This document shows positions 9,391 through 18,860 of a stretch of DNA of 64,000 nt, piece after piece. This DNA is from Thermodesulfobacteriota bacterium. Its GTDB lineage: Bacteria > Desulfobacterota_D > UBA1144 > Nemesobacterales > Mycalebacteriaceae. Every line of letters begins with the position of its first letter. Position 1 is the first letter of the stretch. The DNA lies in contig OZ245366.1 of assembly GCA_965226585.1 (NCBI GenBank), positions 704,001 to 768,000 of the forward strand. Reading direction: 5' to 3'. The position numbers and the translations under genes are program-made. The notes below the pieces were generated by a model. That model was not told the DNA's origin, did not search any database, and worked only from the letters and a program-made list of their open reading frames with translations.

Positions 9391-10296
9391 ATGGCAGTCA
9401 AACGGAGACAGATTCTCAGCTACAGGTCGCGGGACGGTTTCAATGTTGACTCGCTTCTCACCACTCCGTCCGCCTCAAGCGATGACGACCTCCACAGGAT
9501 ACCGGTGATAATCAACATTCACGGTGTTCTGGGCAATTTTCTCGCACGCGGCACGCCCATAATATTTCCCTCGGCTATGCTTGAAAAGGGTTATTCAACT
9601 CTCTCAATCAACACGCGCATGGCATTTCTCGGGCAGATAATGGGAACGGGGATATTTGAAAAAGCGGCGGATGATGTGGAGTGCTCGGTTGAAACTCTCA
9701 GAAAAGAGGGTTTTGAGAACATCTACATTCTGGGATACAGCATGGGCGCGAACATCGCCGTTGACTATATGGCGGCGGTATCAGACCCTTCGGTAAAGGG
9801 GCTGATACTTGAAGGGTGCTCTTACTCACTGCCGGAATCGCAGAAGAAGCGGCTTGACAGGTGGGGAAGCATTCCCTCCTATGACGACATTTACAAAAAG
9901 GCGCAATCCGTTCTCAAACCCGACCCGGAGACTTCAAAAAACGATCAGATGTTTGTCATTTACAGGGCGTGGGGAGACTCTTTCAACCCGTCTGATGTGG
10001 AGATATTCACCTATAAAACATGGTGGTTTATGCGCGGGCCGTCCGCCCGCCGCGCAAAAACTTGCGACATCATAGGCGGCATTTCCGTGCCGGTGCTGTT
10101 CATCAACGGAGCGGACGACGATATTGTGTTTGCCGGCGAGCCGGAAAAGTTGAAATCCATTCTCAACGATTCGGGAAACAAAAGCGTAGACATAGAGTAC
10201 ATTCCGGGCGCGGGGCACGACTGCATGGAAAATGCCGAAGCGTCTGCCGATGTGATAGACAGGTGGATACGGAAGCTGGAGAAGGGAGGCAATTGA
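9391..10296 (+). CDS. Alpha/beta hydrolase (paralog 2)
   Basis: IHGVLGNF, GYSMGA, GADDD, GAGH; collinear with the upstream paralog. Confidence 0.8.
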   Translation: MAVKRRQILSYRSRDGFNVDSLLTTPSASSDDDLHRIPVIINIHGVLGNFLARGTPIIFPSAMLEKGYSTLSINTRMAFLGQIMGTGIFEKAADDVECSVETLRKEGFENIYILGYSMGANIAVDYMAAVSDPSVKGLILEGCSYSLPESQKKRLDRWGSIPSYDDIYKKAQSVLKPDPETSKNDQMFVIYRAWGDSFNPSDVEIFTYKTWWFMRGPSARRAKTCDIIGGISVPVLFINGADDDIVFAGEPEKLKSILNDSGNKSVDIEYIPGAGHDCMENAEASADVIDRWIRKLEKGGN

Positions 10297-10406
10297 GGGT
10301 GATGTTGAAAAACTTCCGCCTATAATATATTTTTTCACCTCTGCGGCGGGTGTGCCGCACGGGTGGTCCGACTTTGACATAAACAGCGGTTACGGTTTCG
10401 TCCGAC

Positions 10407-11963
10407 ATGGCAGAAAAGAGAAAATCAAAAAATCCGGCGGGTCTGCTCTCGCCCCACGGCATCAAAACCTCGGGGCGGGTCTACCACAACCTTACGGTTC
10501 CGCGTCTTTACGAGGAGGCGATTCAGAGAAAAGAGGGGTTTATGGCGGAAGGTGGAGGTCTTGTCGCCTACACGGGAAAACACACCGGACGCTCGCCGCT
10601 TGACCGTTTCATAGTAAAAGACTCATACACGAAAAATTCGGTGAACTGGGGCAAGGTGAACCAGCCCGTCAGCCCGGCGCAATTTGACGCGCTCTACAAA
10701 AAAGCCGCCGCGTACCTTTCCAAAAAAGACGTTTTTGTGAAAGACCTGCGCGTGTGCGCTCATCCGAAATATCAGTCTTCTGTGAGGGTGATAAACGAGT
10801 TCGCGTGGCACAACATATTTGTCAACAACCTGTTCATCAGACCTGAGGGCAAATCCTCCCGCAAGCCGGACTTCACAGTTCTCTGCGCTCCGGGGGTGAA
10901 GGCAATCCCATCGAAAGACGGCACACACTCCGGAACTTTCATAGTACTCAACCTTAAAAAAAGGATAGCGTTGATAGGCGGCACACAGTATGCGGGAGAG
11001 ATGAAGAAATCCATCTTCACAACCCTGAACTTCCTGCTTCCCGAAAAAGACATTTTCCCAATGCACTGCTCGGCAAACATAGGGGGAAAGGGCGATACGG
11101 CTCTTTTCTTCGGCTTGTCCGGAACGGGAAAAACCACTCTCTCAGCAGACCCTGAAAGAAAACTGATAGGCGATGATGAGCACGGCTGGTGGAGCGGCGG
11201 CGTGTTCAATTTTGAGGGCGGATGTTACGCCAAGGCGATACGGCTCAACCCTGAAACTGAACCGGAGATCCATTCGGCTTCGGTGCGTTTTGGCTCAATT
11301 CTTGAAAACGTTGAGATTGATTCTGAGACAAGGAAGATAGATTTTGACAGCGGAAAATACACCGAAAATACAAGGGTCGCGTATCAGATAGACGCTCTGC
11401 CCGGAATCGCGGAAAGCGGAACCGGACCCGCGCCGAAAAACATATTTATGCTTACCTACGACGCGTTCGGAGTTCTTCCGCCCATATCCCGGCTGACCCC
11501 TTCGCAGGCGATGGAGTTTTTCCTGCTCGGATACACCGCCAAAGTTGCCGGAACCGAACGCGGAGTGAAAGAGCCGCAAACTACTTTCAGTTCATGTTTC
11601 GGAATGCCCTTCCTTCCGCGCGCGCCTCGTTTTTACGCGAACATGCTGGAAAAGCGGATGAAAAAATCCGGCGCGAGAGTGTGGCTTTTGAACACCGGAA
11701 TATCGGGCGGACCCTACGGAACGGGAACGAGAATGCCTCTGCCGCAGACAAGGGCGCTTGTTAAAGCCGCTCTTGACAAAACGATTGACAAAGGCGGTTT
11801 TGTGAAAGCCCCCGTGTTTGGTTTGAATGTTCCGAAGTCGTGCCCTCAAGTGCCTTCAAAACTTCTCCAGCCGAGAAAGTGCTGGAAAAGCGCGAAGCAA
11901 TACGATGTGAAAGCGACTGAACTCAAAGAAAGGTTTGAGCGTGAACTGCTTAACTACAAATAA
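10407..11963 (+). CDS. pckA: Phosphoenolpyruvate carboxykinase (ATP)
   Basis: YAGEMKK, MHCSAN, FGLSGTGKTTLS, LIGDDEHGW. Confidence 0.97.
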   Translation: MAEKRKSKNPAGLLSPHGIKTSGRVYHNLTVPRLYEEAIQRKEGFMAEGGGLVAYTGKHTGRSPLDRFIVKDSYTKNSVNWGKVNQPVSPAQFDALYKKAAAYLSKKDVFVKDLRVCAHPKYQSSVRVINEFAWHNIFVNNLFIRPEGKSSRKPDFTVLCAPGVKAIPSKDGTHSGTFIVLNLKKRIALIGGTQYAGEMKKSIFTTLNFLLPEKDIFPMHCSANIGGKGDTALFFGLSGTGKTTLSADPERKLIGDDEHGWWSGGVFNFEGGCYAKAIRLNPETEPEIHSASVRFGSILENVEIDSETRKIDFDSGKYTENTRVAYQIDALPGIAESGTGPAPKNIFMLTYDAFGVLPPISRLTPSQAMEFFLLGYTAKVAGTERGVKEPQTTFSSCFGMPFLPRAPRFYANMLEKRMKKSGARVWLLNTGISGGPYGTGTRMPLPQTRALVKAALDKTIDKGGFVKAPVFGLNVPKSCPQVPSKLLQPRKCWKSAKQYDVKATELKERFERELLNYK

Positions 11964-13497
11964 ACCCGTCCGGCAGTCCGCCGCCGCTGTGAGTCCGCGC
12001 GGCTTCGTGTCTGTTTTTATACTTGCCGCCCTTTCTTTCGCGCTTTTCGCTAACCCCGTTTTTGCGCGGAACGACTCGGTTAAAAAATCGGTTGTCCAGA
12101 TTCAGGTTCAGAAAACCATCCCCTCATACAAACAGCCGTGGATACTTAACGAGTCGTCTTCGGTGTTCGGTTCGGGCTGTGTAATCTCAGGAAACCACAT
12201 CCTCACAAGCGCGCACGTGGTTTCGCACGCGGCGTTTATACACGTGAGCAAATTCGGAGACCCGAACAAATACACCGCGGAACTGCTTTTCATCTCGCAC
12301 GAAGCAGACCTCGCGCTTCTCACGGTCAGAAAGAAAAAGTTTTTCAAGGGAATAAAACCCATACACATAAGCCGCAAACTCGTCCAAACGCAGAAAGAGG
12401 TTGAGGTTTACGGTTTCCCCATAGGCGGCGAAACGATGAGCGTTACCAGAGGAATTGTGTCGCGCGTGGAGCATGAGATTTATTCCCACAGCGTTTACCA
12501 CCTTCTTATGTCGCAACTGGACGCTCCCATCAATCCCGGAAACAGCGGCGGTCCCGTCATTGTTGACGGCGAGCTTGTCGGGGTGGTGATACAAGCGCTT
12601 GTGAGTTCGGAAAACATCGGATACATGGCTCCCACTCCGGTGATAGACCATTTTCTTGACGATGTGAGGGAAGGTTCATATGACGGCTTTCCTGTTCTCG
12701 GCATTGTGGCGCAGAAGGCGCAGAATCCCGACCTCAGGGCGAAAAAACTTATCAGGGAAGACAGCATCGGTGTTCTTGTAAAAAAGGTCGCGCCCGGCTC
12801 TCCGGCGGCGGGAAAAATTGCCAAGGGAGATGTGATTCTCTCAATAAGCGGCACGGAGATATTTTCTGACGGCACGGTTAATTTCAGGGGAAGCGAAAGG
12901 ACAAACTTCTCTCACCTGATTGATTCCCGTCAGATAGGGGACGAGGTTAAGGTGACGGTTCTGAGAGACGGAATTAAGATGGATGTTGACATAGCTCTCA
13001 CAAAGGGCGCCGGGGATTTGCGCCTTGTGAACGCAAACTACGACAGACCCAGTTATTTCATATTTGCCGGTTGTGTTTTCTCGCCGCTGACCTTCAACTA
13101 CCTCAGGTCGTGGGGAGACCGCTGGTACATAAGCGCGCCAAGTTCCCTGCTTTCAAAACTGGCGCAAAACATAAAAAGTTTTCCCGGAGAGGAGGTTGTT
13201 CTTCTCACAAGCGTTCTTCCTTCCGAAATCAACTATGGGTATCACGGACTCACAAACCGCATAATTGAGAAGGTCAACGGCATAAAAATAGAGAACATGA
13301 GGCATCTGGTGAAAGTTGTTGAAAGCGAAGCGGCGACCGTGGAGTTCATAACCTTTGAAGACTCGGACGGGGAGCAGATAGTTTTCTCATCGCAGAAAGC
13401 GCTCAAGAGCGGCGCGCCTCTGCTTGCCACCTACCAGATAGCAAAAGACAGGTCGCCCGACCTTGTTGTTCCCGTTTATGATTCCATGGGGCTTTAG
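11935..13497 (+). CDS. Deg/HtrA-type serine protease with PDZ domains (Deg2-like)
   Basis: Catalytic triad TSAHVV / ADLALL / NPGNSGGP; signal peptide; start uncertain. Confidence 0.88.
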   Translation: MSVNCLTTNKPVRQSAAAVSPRGFVSVFILAALSFALFANPVFARNDSVKKSVVQIQVQKTIPSYKQPWILNESSSVFGSGCVISGNHILTSAHVVSHAAFIHVSKFGDPNKYTAELLFISHEADLALLTVRKKKFFKGIKPIHISRKLVQTQKEVEVYGFPIGGETMSVTRGIVSRVEHEIYSHSVYHLLMSQLDAPINPGNSGGPVIVDGELVGVVIQALVSSENIGYMAPTPVIDHFLDDVREGSYDGFPVLGIVAQKAQNPDLRAKKLIREDSIGVLVKKVAPGSPAAGKIAKGDVILSISGTEIFSDGTVNFRGSERTNFSHLIDSRQIGDEVKVTVLRDGIKMDVDIALTKGAGDLRLVNANYDRPSYFIFAGCVFSPLTFNYLRSWGDRWYISAPSSLLSKLAQNIKSFPGEEVVLLTSVLPSEINYGYHGLTNRIIEKVNGIKIENMRHLVKVVESEAATVEFITFEDSDGEQIVFSSQKALKSGAPLLATYQIAKDRSPDLVVPVYDSMGL

Positions 13498-13931
13498 CCC
13501 AGAATTTCAAACTCTCTGCCTTTCAGCACGTTTTTGAGTGTGATGAACAGGTACTTTCTTTTTTCGTAATATCTTCCCCTGACGCTCAGGCGGTCGCCTT
13601 TTTTTATGCTTCTGTGAAACCCCTTCAGATAGACGAGCATCACGGCTCCGCCCGCCGGGTCTCTCATCTTGAATATTGTGTACTGCTTTCCTTTGTGGCG
13701 TTTTGTTTTGACTTTGGACGATACCGTCCCTTCCGTTTTTATAACCTTTTTGTGATACTCAGCCGCGCTGTCCGTGATATTGCCTATGGAGAGCGAGTCT
13801 TTGCGGACAAGCGATTTTTCCGCTCCGGGGGCGCGCCGTGTGAAGTCCGGGTAGTCTCCGCTCCACACAACCACGGCGCCCGTAAGCGCGAACATAACAG
13901 CGGCTCCGGCAAAGAAGGGCTTTGCCCTCAT
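13494..13931 (-). CDS. Hypothetical exported protein, possible OB-fold
   Basis: N-terminal hydrophobic helix, basic beta-rich domain; ATGA-coupled to fumC. Confidence 0.55.
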   Translation of the reverse strand: MRAKPFFAGAAVMFALTGAVVVWSGDYPDFTRRAPGAEKSLVRKDSLSIGNITDSAAEYHKKVIKTEGTVSSKVKTKRHKGKQYTIFKMRDPAGGAVMLVYLKGFHRSIKKGDRLSVRGRYYEKRKYLFITLKNVLKGREFEILG

Positions 13932-15331
13932 TTTTTCCGTTTTCCGCCTCCAAGCGGTCCCGTCATTGAGCGCGGGTCAAGCAGGGCGGCAATCTTTTTT
14001 GCGGGGAGAACTTTTTTCTCTTCCGCCACCTCTCTCACGGTTTTGCCTTTTTCGTATGCCTCTTTCGCTATCGCCGCCGCAGAGTCGTATCCAATCACGG
14101 GGGCGAGGCTTGTGCACATTGCCAGACTTTCCTCAACACTTTCACCGCAAGTCTGTTTGTTTGCCTCTATGCCGTCCACGCATTTTGAAGCGAACGCTTC
14201 GCACCCGTTAGAGAGAAGGGAAACGGAGTTCAGAAGGTTGTCTGCGATGAGCGGCATCATCACGTTGAGTTCAAAGTTTCCGCTCTGCCCTCCCGTTGTT
14301 ATAGCCGAGTCGTTGCCTATTACCTGCGCGCAGACCTGCGTCAGCGATTCCGCCATCACGGGGTTGACCTTTCCGGGCATTATGGATGAGCCCGGCTGAA
14401 CCGCCGGAAGGTTTATCTCACCGAAGCCGCAACGGGGCCCGCTTCCGAGCCAGCGGATGTCGTTCGCGATTTTCATCAGACTGACGGCGAGAGCCTTGAG
14501 AGAGCCGCTCATCTGAACCGCGGCATCTTTTGCCCCTTGCGCCTCAAAGTGGTTTTTCGCCTCAACAAAACGCGTTCCCGCAAGGCGGCTTATGCGCGCG
14601 GCGGCTTTTTTTCCAAAATTCTTGTGTGTGTTGATTCCCGTGCCGACCGCCGTGCCGCCAAGGGCGAGCTCTCTGAGACCTTCGCATGAAAGTTTGATGT
14701 CTCCCGCTCTTTGCGAAACCATTGCCGCATATCCGCCGAACTCCTGTCCAAGCGTTACGGGCGTGGCGTCTTGAAGATGCGTTCTGCCTATTTTCACAAT
14801 GGAGCTGAAAGCGCGCGCTTTTCGGGAGAGTGATTTTTCAAGTTTTCCGAGCGCGGGAAGAAGTTTTTCCCGTATCTCAATCAGCGCGGATATGTGAGTC
14901 GCAGACGGAATTACATCGTTGCTTGACTGCCCCATGTTCACGTGGTCGTTGGGGTGAATTCCTTTCGCGCCGCCGGGAATCCTGTTTGCCCTGTTGGCGA
15001 TAACCTCGTTTGCGTTCATGTTGGTTGAAGTTCCCGAACCGGTCTGGAAAACATCCACAACAAAATGCCCGTCAAGTTTTCCGTCCATAACCTCTCGCGC
15101 CGCTTCAACAATCGCCCCTCCGGTGCGTTTGTTCAGCAAACCGAGTTCCATGTTGGTTTGCGCCGCCGCCAGTTTTATCATCCCCACCGCCGCCGTGAAA
15201 CCGGGGGGCAGAGTTCTGCCGCTTATCGGAAAGTTCTCAACCGCCCTTGCCGTTTGAGCCCCGTAGAGCGCGCCGGAAGGCACTTTCATCTTTCCCATTG
15301 AATCTGATTCCGTTCTTGTTTTTCCTTTCAT
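13928..15331 (-). CDS. fumC: Class II fumarate hydratase
   Basis: RTESDSMG, QTGSGTSTNMN, GRTHLQDA, GSSIMPGKVNP; start reassigned to ATG at 15331. Confidence 0.96.
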   Translation of the reverse strand: MKGKTRTESDSMGKMKVPSGALYGAQTARAVENFPISGRTLPPGFTAAVGMIKLAAAQTNMELGLLNKRTGGAIVEAAREVMDGKLDGHFVVDVFQTGSGTSTNMNANEVIANRANRIPGGAKGIHPNDHVNMGQSSNDVIPSATHISALIEIREKLLPALGKLEKSLSRKARAFSSIVKIGRTHLQDATPVTLGQEFGGYAAMVSQRAGDIKLSCEGLRELALGGTAVGTGINTHKNFGKKAAARISRLAGTRFVEAKNHFEAQGAKDAAVQMSGSLKALAVSLMKIANDIRWLGSGPRCGFGEINLPAVQPGSSIMPGKVNPVMAESLTQVCAQVIGNDSAITTGGQSGNFELNVMMPLIADNLLNSVSLLSNGCEAFASKCVDGIEANKQTCGESVEESLAMCTSLAPVIGYDSAAAIAKEAYEKGKTVREVAEEKKVLPAKKIAALLDPRSMTGPLGGGKRKK

Positions 15332-15423
15332 ATCCGGTTTTTTCCCTCCAAAGAGCGGAAGCCGCTCCCGCTCAGGCGTGTAGATTACTTGCCGCGCGGG
15401 ATTACCGCAATATGCGCGGCGGC

Positions 15424-15451
15424 TTGACAGTTGCCGTATGAAAATTAGATT
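15424..15451 (+). promoter_or_regulatory. Putative sigma70 promoter of trxA
   Basis: TTGACA(15424-15429)-16 nt-TAGATT in the fumC/trxA divergent gap. Confidence 0.45.
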
Positions 15452-15482
15452 ATACCGACTACACAAAACAGAGAGGTTAAAG

Positions 15483-15812
15483 ATGTCAGAAGATACTGTT
15501 GTTGAACTCAGCGATTCACTTTTTGAGAACGAGGTTATCAAAAGCGATATTCCCGTGCTGGTTGATTTCTGGGCTCCGTGGTGCGGGCCCTGCAAGGCGA
15601 TTGCGCCGACCGTGAGTCAGATATCAAAAGACTTTGCGGGCAGGCTGAAAGTGGGCAAGGTCAATGTGGACGAGAATCAGCAGACCTCCATTCAGTTTGG
15701 AATTCGCAGTATTCCCACACTGCTCATTTTCAAAGACGGAAAGATTGTGGAGCAGATAATAGGAGCCGTCTCACAGGGCGACCTTGAGCAGTCCATCAAC
15801 AAGGTTCTCTGA
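15483..15812 (+). CDS. trxA: Thioredoxin
   Basis: VDFWAPWCGPCK; GAGG RBS before ATG 15483. Confidence 0.97.
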   Translation: MSEDTVVELSDSLFENEVIKSDIPVLVDFWAPWCGPCKAIAPTVSQISKDFAGRLKVGKVNVDENQQTSIQFGIRSIPTLLIFKDGKIVEQIIGAVSQGDLEQSINKVL

Positions 15813-15835
15813 AACCTTTAAGGCGCGGAATTTCA

Positions 15836-16120
15836 ATGGGAAGATACATAATGCTGAGCACTCTCACCGATGAAGGGCGCAAGACCGTGAAGATGCGTCC
15901 CGAGCGGATAAAAGAGGTCAACAAAGAGATAGAGAAAATGGGGGCGAAGGTTGTCGCGCAGTATGCCGTGCTGGGGCTTTACGATTTCGTCAACATCATT
16001 GAAGCCCCGGACAACGAAACCATAACGAGAATTTCCGTTGAACTCGGCTCGCGCGGCACGGTTCAGCTTCTCACCCTTTCCGCCATCACGATAGACAGTT
16101 TTGAAGAAAAACTTTCTTAA
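15836..16120 (+). CDS. GYD domain protein
   Basis: ~94 aa, AVLGLYDFV motif. Confidence 0.8.
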   Translation: MGRYIMLSTLTDEGRKTVKMRPERIKEVNKEIEKMGAKVVAQYAVLGLYDFVNIIEAPDNETITRISVELGSRGTVQLLTLSAITIDSFEEKLS

Positions 16121-16129
16121 CCGCTTTTT

Positions 16130-17611
16130 TCAGAAACGCACTTGCAGTTGGGTGATAACGGATTTTGACACGGCTTTGCTGTCGTCTCCCGAAACCGGTA
16201 TCTGAACGGCGACTGACGGCGATATGAACTTGCCGAAACGGAGCGCGGAGGTGAAATAGAGGTTGTTTTTTCTGCCGTCTCTGAGAGACAGAAAGCGGTT
16301 GCCCTTTAACTCTGCGGACAGTTGAGTCCGCAAACTCACGGGAAGCGCAAGTGTCGCGCCCGCGCCGTATTCAAAGATTTTCTCAGATTCGTCTCCTTCA
16401 AAACGCCCGGCTTTCTTCACAAGCAGGAAGGCGGCTTTTGTCTCAAAAGATAACGGGCCCGCCGCCGCTCCCGCTCCGGCAAACGGCGTTAGAGAGTAAC
16501 AGTTTCTCAAATATACCGGCAGGTCGCGCTTGTAGAGCGAAGTAATCGCCTTGAGCCGTTTGACGTTGTCTTTATAGATTGTCGGCAGGTGCGATTCAAA
16601 CCCCACAGACACCCAGTATGAAGGGGTTTTCGCCAAAACAAACTTGCCGCCCATTATGAAGTTTGAGAGTTCGTATCCGTCCGCCGGATTGCAATCCGGG
16701 GGGCTTCCGCCTGTCCGGTCACACCGGCTTCCGCCTCTGTAAAGGTTGTTCAACCCGACCTGATTGAAGGCTACATACAAACTTTTCCGGTAGTCGGACG
16801 AAGGGACTTCGGCTCCCACATTGTAGAAAATCAACTGCCCTTTCTTGTTTTTCAGCCCGGCAACTTCAAGCCCCGCCCCCGCATATCCCCTCGGAAGAGC
16901 AGAGCGGAACGAATGAGGGTCTCCCGCCTCAACGGACAACTCCTTCCACGGAACGTGCGATATGTCGAAACTCTGCGTGTATTCAAAACGCCCTTGTAGG
17001 GGATTCATAATCGCGACCCTGCCATTGTTCACAAAGTTTCTCATCGGGTTGACCGCGTGGGCGAGAAAGGTCGCGACCGGGTTGTCCAGTTCTATCAGGC
17101 GGTCTGAAGCGTATTCCGCCGCCGCCCCGAACACAACTCCAAGCCCCGGAGTGGAAAGAAGGTCGGGAAGAGACGGGGTTTCCACAAGCCCCTCCACCGT
17201 GTATTCAAACAACGTGCTTTGAAGCGCGGAACCGAGCGCGGAGCCCCAGAAGCCGTATCCCATCCGCCTGTAATACAGATACGAAACATATCCCGCGAAC
17301 GGGTGCACAACATAGTTTGTGAAGAACGCGTCTCCGTCATCAACTTCGGGCTGTTTGGTTATATGACCCCACCACGCGGACGGCGATGTGTTGAGAATTC
17401 TCTCGTTTTTGTTACGGACATAGAAAAACCTGAACGCCCATATTGAGCCGTAGTATATCGCGCCGTCTTTTATAAATTGCCGGCTTTTGACTTCCTTCCC
17501 CGCCGGGATTCCGCCCGCCTCAGAGTCTTGCGCCCTTGCGGCGGGGGTGAGAAGAATCACAGCCATAATCAGGGCGAAGGCAATGCGCGTTCCGTTCAAT
17601 TTTCCTTTCAT
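16130..17611 (-). CDS. DUF3943-like outer membrane protein
   Basis: Signal peptide, DGDAFFTNYVVHP...FEYTVE...PS..DL motif, C-terminal Phe; ATGA overlap with the glycosyltransferase stop. Confidence 0.65.
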   Translation of the reverse strand: MKGKLNGTRIAFALIMAVILLTPAARAQDSEAGGIPAGKEVKSRQFIKDGAIYYGSIWAFRFFYVRNKNERILNTSPSAWWGHITKQPEVDDGDAFFTNYVVHPFAGYVSYLYYRRMGYGFWGSALGSALQSTLFEYTVEGLVETPSLPDLLSTPGLGVVFGAAAEYASDRLIELDNPVATFLAHAVNPMRNFVNNGRVAIMNPLQGRFEYTQSFDISHVPWKELSVEAGDPHSFRSALPRGYAGAGLEVAGLKNKKGQLIFYNVGAEVPSSDYRKSLYVAFNQVGLNNLYRGGSRCDRTGGSPPDCNPADGYELSNFIMGGKFVLAKTPSYWVSVGFESHLPTIYKDNVKRLKAITSLYKRDLPVYLRNCYSLTPFAGAGAAAGPLSFETKAAFLLVKKAGRFEGDESEKIFEYGAGATLALPVSLRTQLSAELKGNRFLSLRDGRKNNLYFTSALRFGKFISPSVAVQIPVSGDDSKAVSKSVITQLQVRF

Positions 17612-18780
17612 AACGGTTTGCTTCCTTCGCGTTTTTCCGAGACAAAGGAGAGAATGGTTGACACTCTTTGCTCCCATGTGTATTTGCGCGCTTTTTCCCG
17701 CGCACGTTTTCCAATCGCTTCCGCAAAAACCGGCTCATCAAGACAGCGGCGAATGGCGGCGGTAAATCCCGCCCGGTCTCCCGGAGCCGTTACAACGGAG
17801 TCTTCGCCGTCTTTGAGAATCTCAAGCACGGTCGGAATCGCGGTTGCCACTATGGGTTTTCCCGCCGCCATGTATTCAAACAGTTTCATCGGCGAGGTAA
17901 AATCCGCCGCTCTCGTGCCGCCCTTTATCGTTACCGCGTCCGTGTAGGGAAGGGCGAGAACATCGGAAGCCAGAAGATACGGCGGCACTTCGGTGTGCGG
18001 AACAAATCCCTTCACAACAAAGTTGTCAATCCCTCTTTCCTCTGCCGCGCGGATGTGGGGCGCGTTGTCGCAATCCCTTCCGCCGACAATAAGAAAAAGC
18101 GCGTCTTTTATCTCCGCCGCCGCATCAATCAGGTTTTCAATTCCTCTGCCTTCATAAGTGTTTCCGCAGTAGCAGACAACCGGCTTTTCCTCAGAGATGC
18201 CAAGTTGTTTCCGTATCTCATCGCGTCCGGGGCGGTTTTCAAAATCCTCCGTTTCCGCGCCGTTGTGAGCCACAACGGTTTTGCTCTCGCTCAGCCCGTC
18301 TTCAACGTAAATACGGCGCAGTCCGCCGCTGTTGAACGAAACCGCCGGAAGCGAAGGCGAGTTTCTGAACGAACGGAAAAGCGCGCGCGCAAGCGGATTT
18401 ACCGGCGGGTGGTGAGCGTCATAAACGGTTGAAAATCCCGCTTTTGCCGTAACTGCGGCGCAGATTATGTTCAGCGTCAGAACGAGGTCAAACCGTTTTC
18501 TGTTTGAGAGGGCGTAGATGGCGGAGGAAACCCCGTGCGTCAACTGTCTTCCCGCATATCGCGTGAGCGGAAGGGATTTGAGATTGAATGGCTTTTCCAC
18601 GCCGTAGTATTCAAATATGTCTCTCTTCTCAAAACTGCCCGGAACGACCGCTTCAAACTCCACGCCCAGTTTGTCCATCGCCTTGCACATTTCCATTGCG
18701 TGAACGGCATACGCGCCCTTTGAAAAAAGTTCAGGGCTCGCCACATAGCAAATGCGCGGTGAATAAGGAGTACTTTTCAT
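17608..18780 (-). CDS. Glycosyltransferase family 4
   Basis: SPMKLFEYMAAGKPIVAT motif. Confidence 0.92.
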   Translation of the reverse strand: MKSTPYSPRICYVASPELFSKGAYAVHAMEMCKAMDKLGVEFEAVVPGSFEKRDIFEYYGVEKPFNLKSLPLTRYAGRQLTHGVSSAIYALSNRKRFDLVLTLNIICAAVTAKAGFSTVYDAHHPPVNPLARALFRSFRNSPSLPAVSFNSGGLRRIYVEDGLSESKTVVAHNGAETEDFENRPGRDEIRKQLGISEEKPVVCYCGNTYEGRGIENLIDAAAEIKDALFLIVGGRDCDNAPHIRAAEERGIDNFVVKGFVPHTEVPPYLLASDVLALPYTDAVTIKGGTRAADFTSPMKLFEYMAAGKPIVATAIPTVLEILKDGEDSVVTAPGDRAGFTAAIRRCLDEPVFAEAIGKRAREKARKYTWEQRVSTILSFVSEKREGSKPL

Positions 18781-18860
18781 CGGCGGGGGAGTTGGTAGAG
18801 GGCTGATTTTACCGCTATAATCAAGGGCGGTCAAACCATCCTTTCAGGTTCGTATCTCAT

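Noticed and set aside
15332..15595. N-terminal extension of the fumC ORF (555 aa in the track)
   Set aside because: Overlaps divergent trxA; the conserved FumC N-terminus begins at 15331
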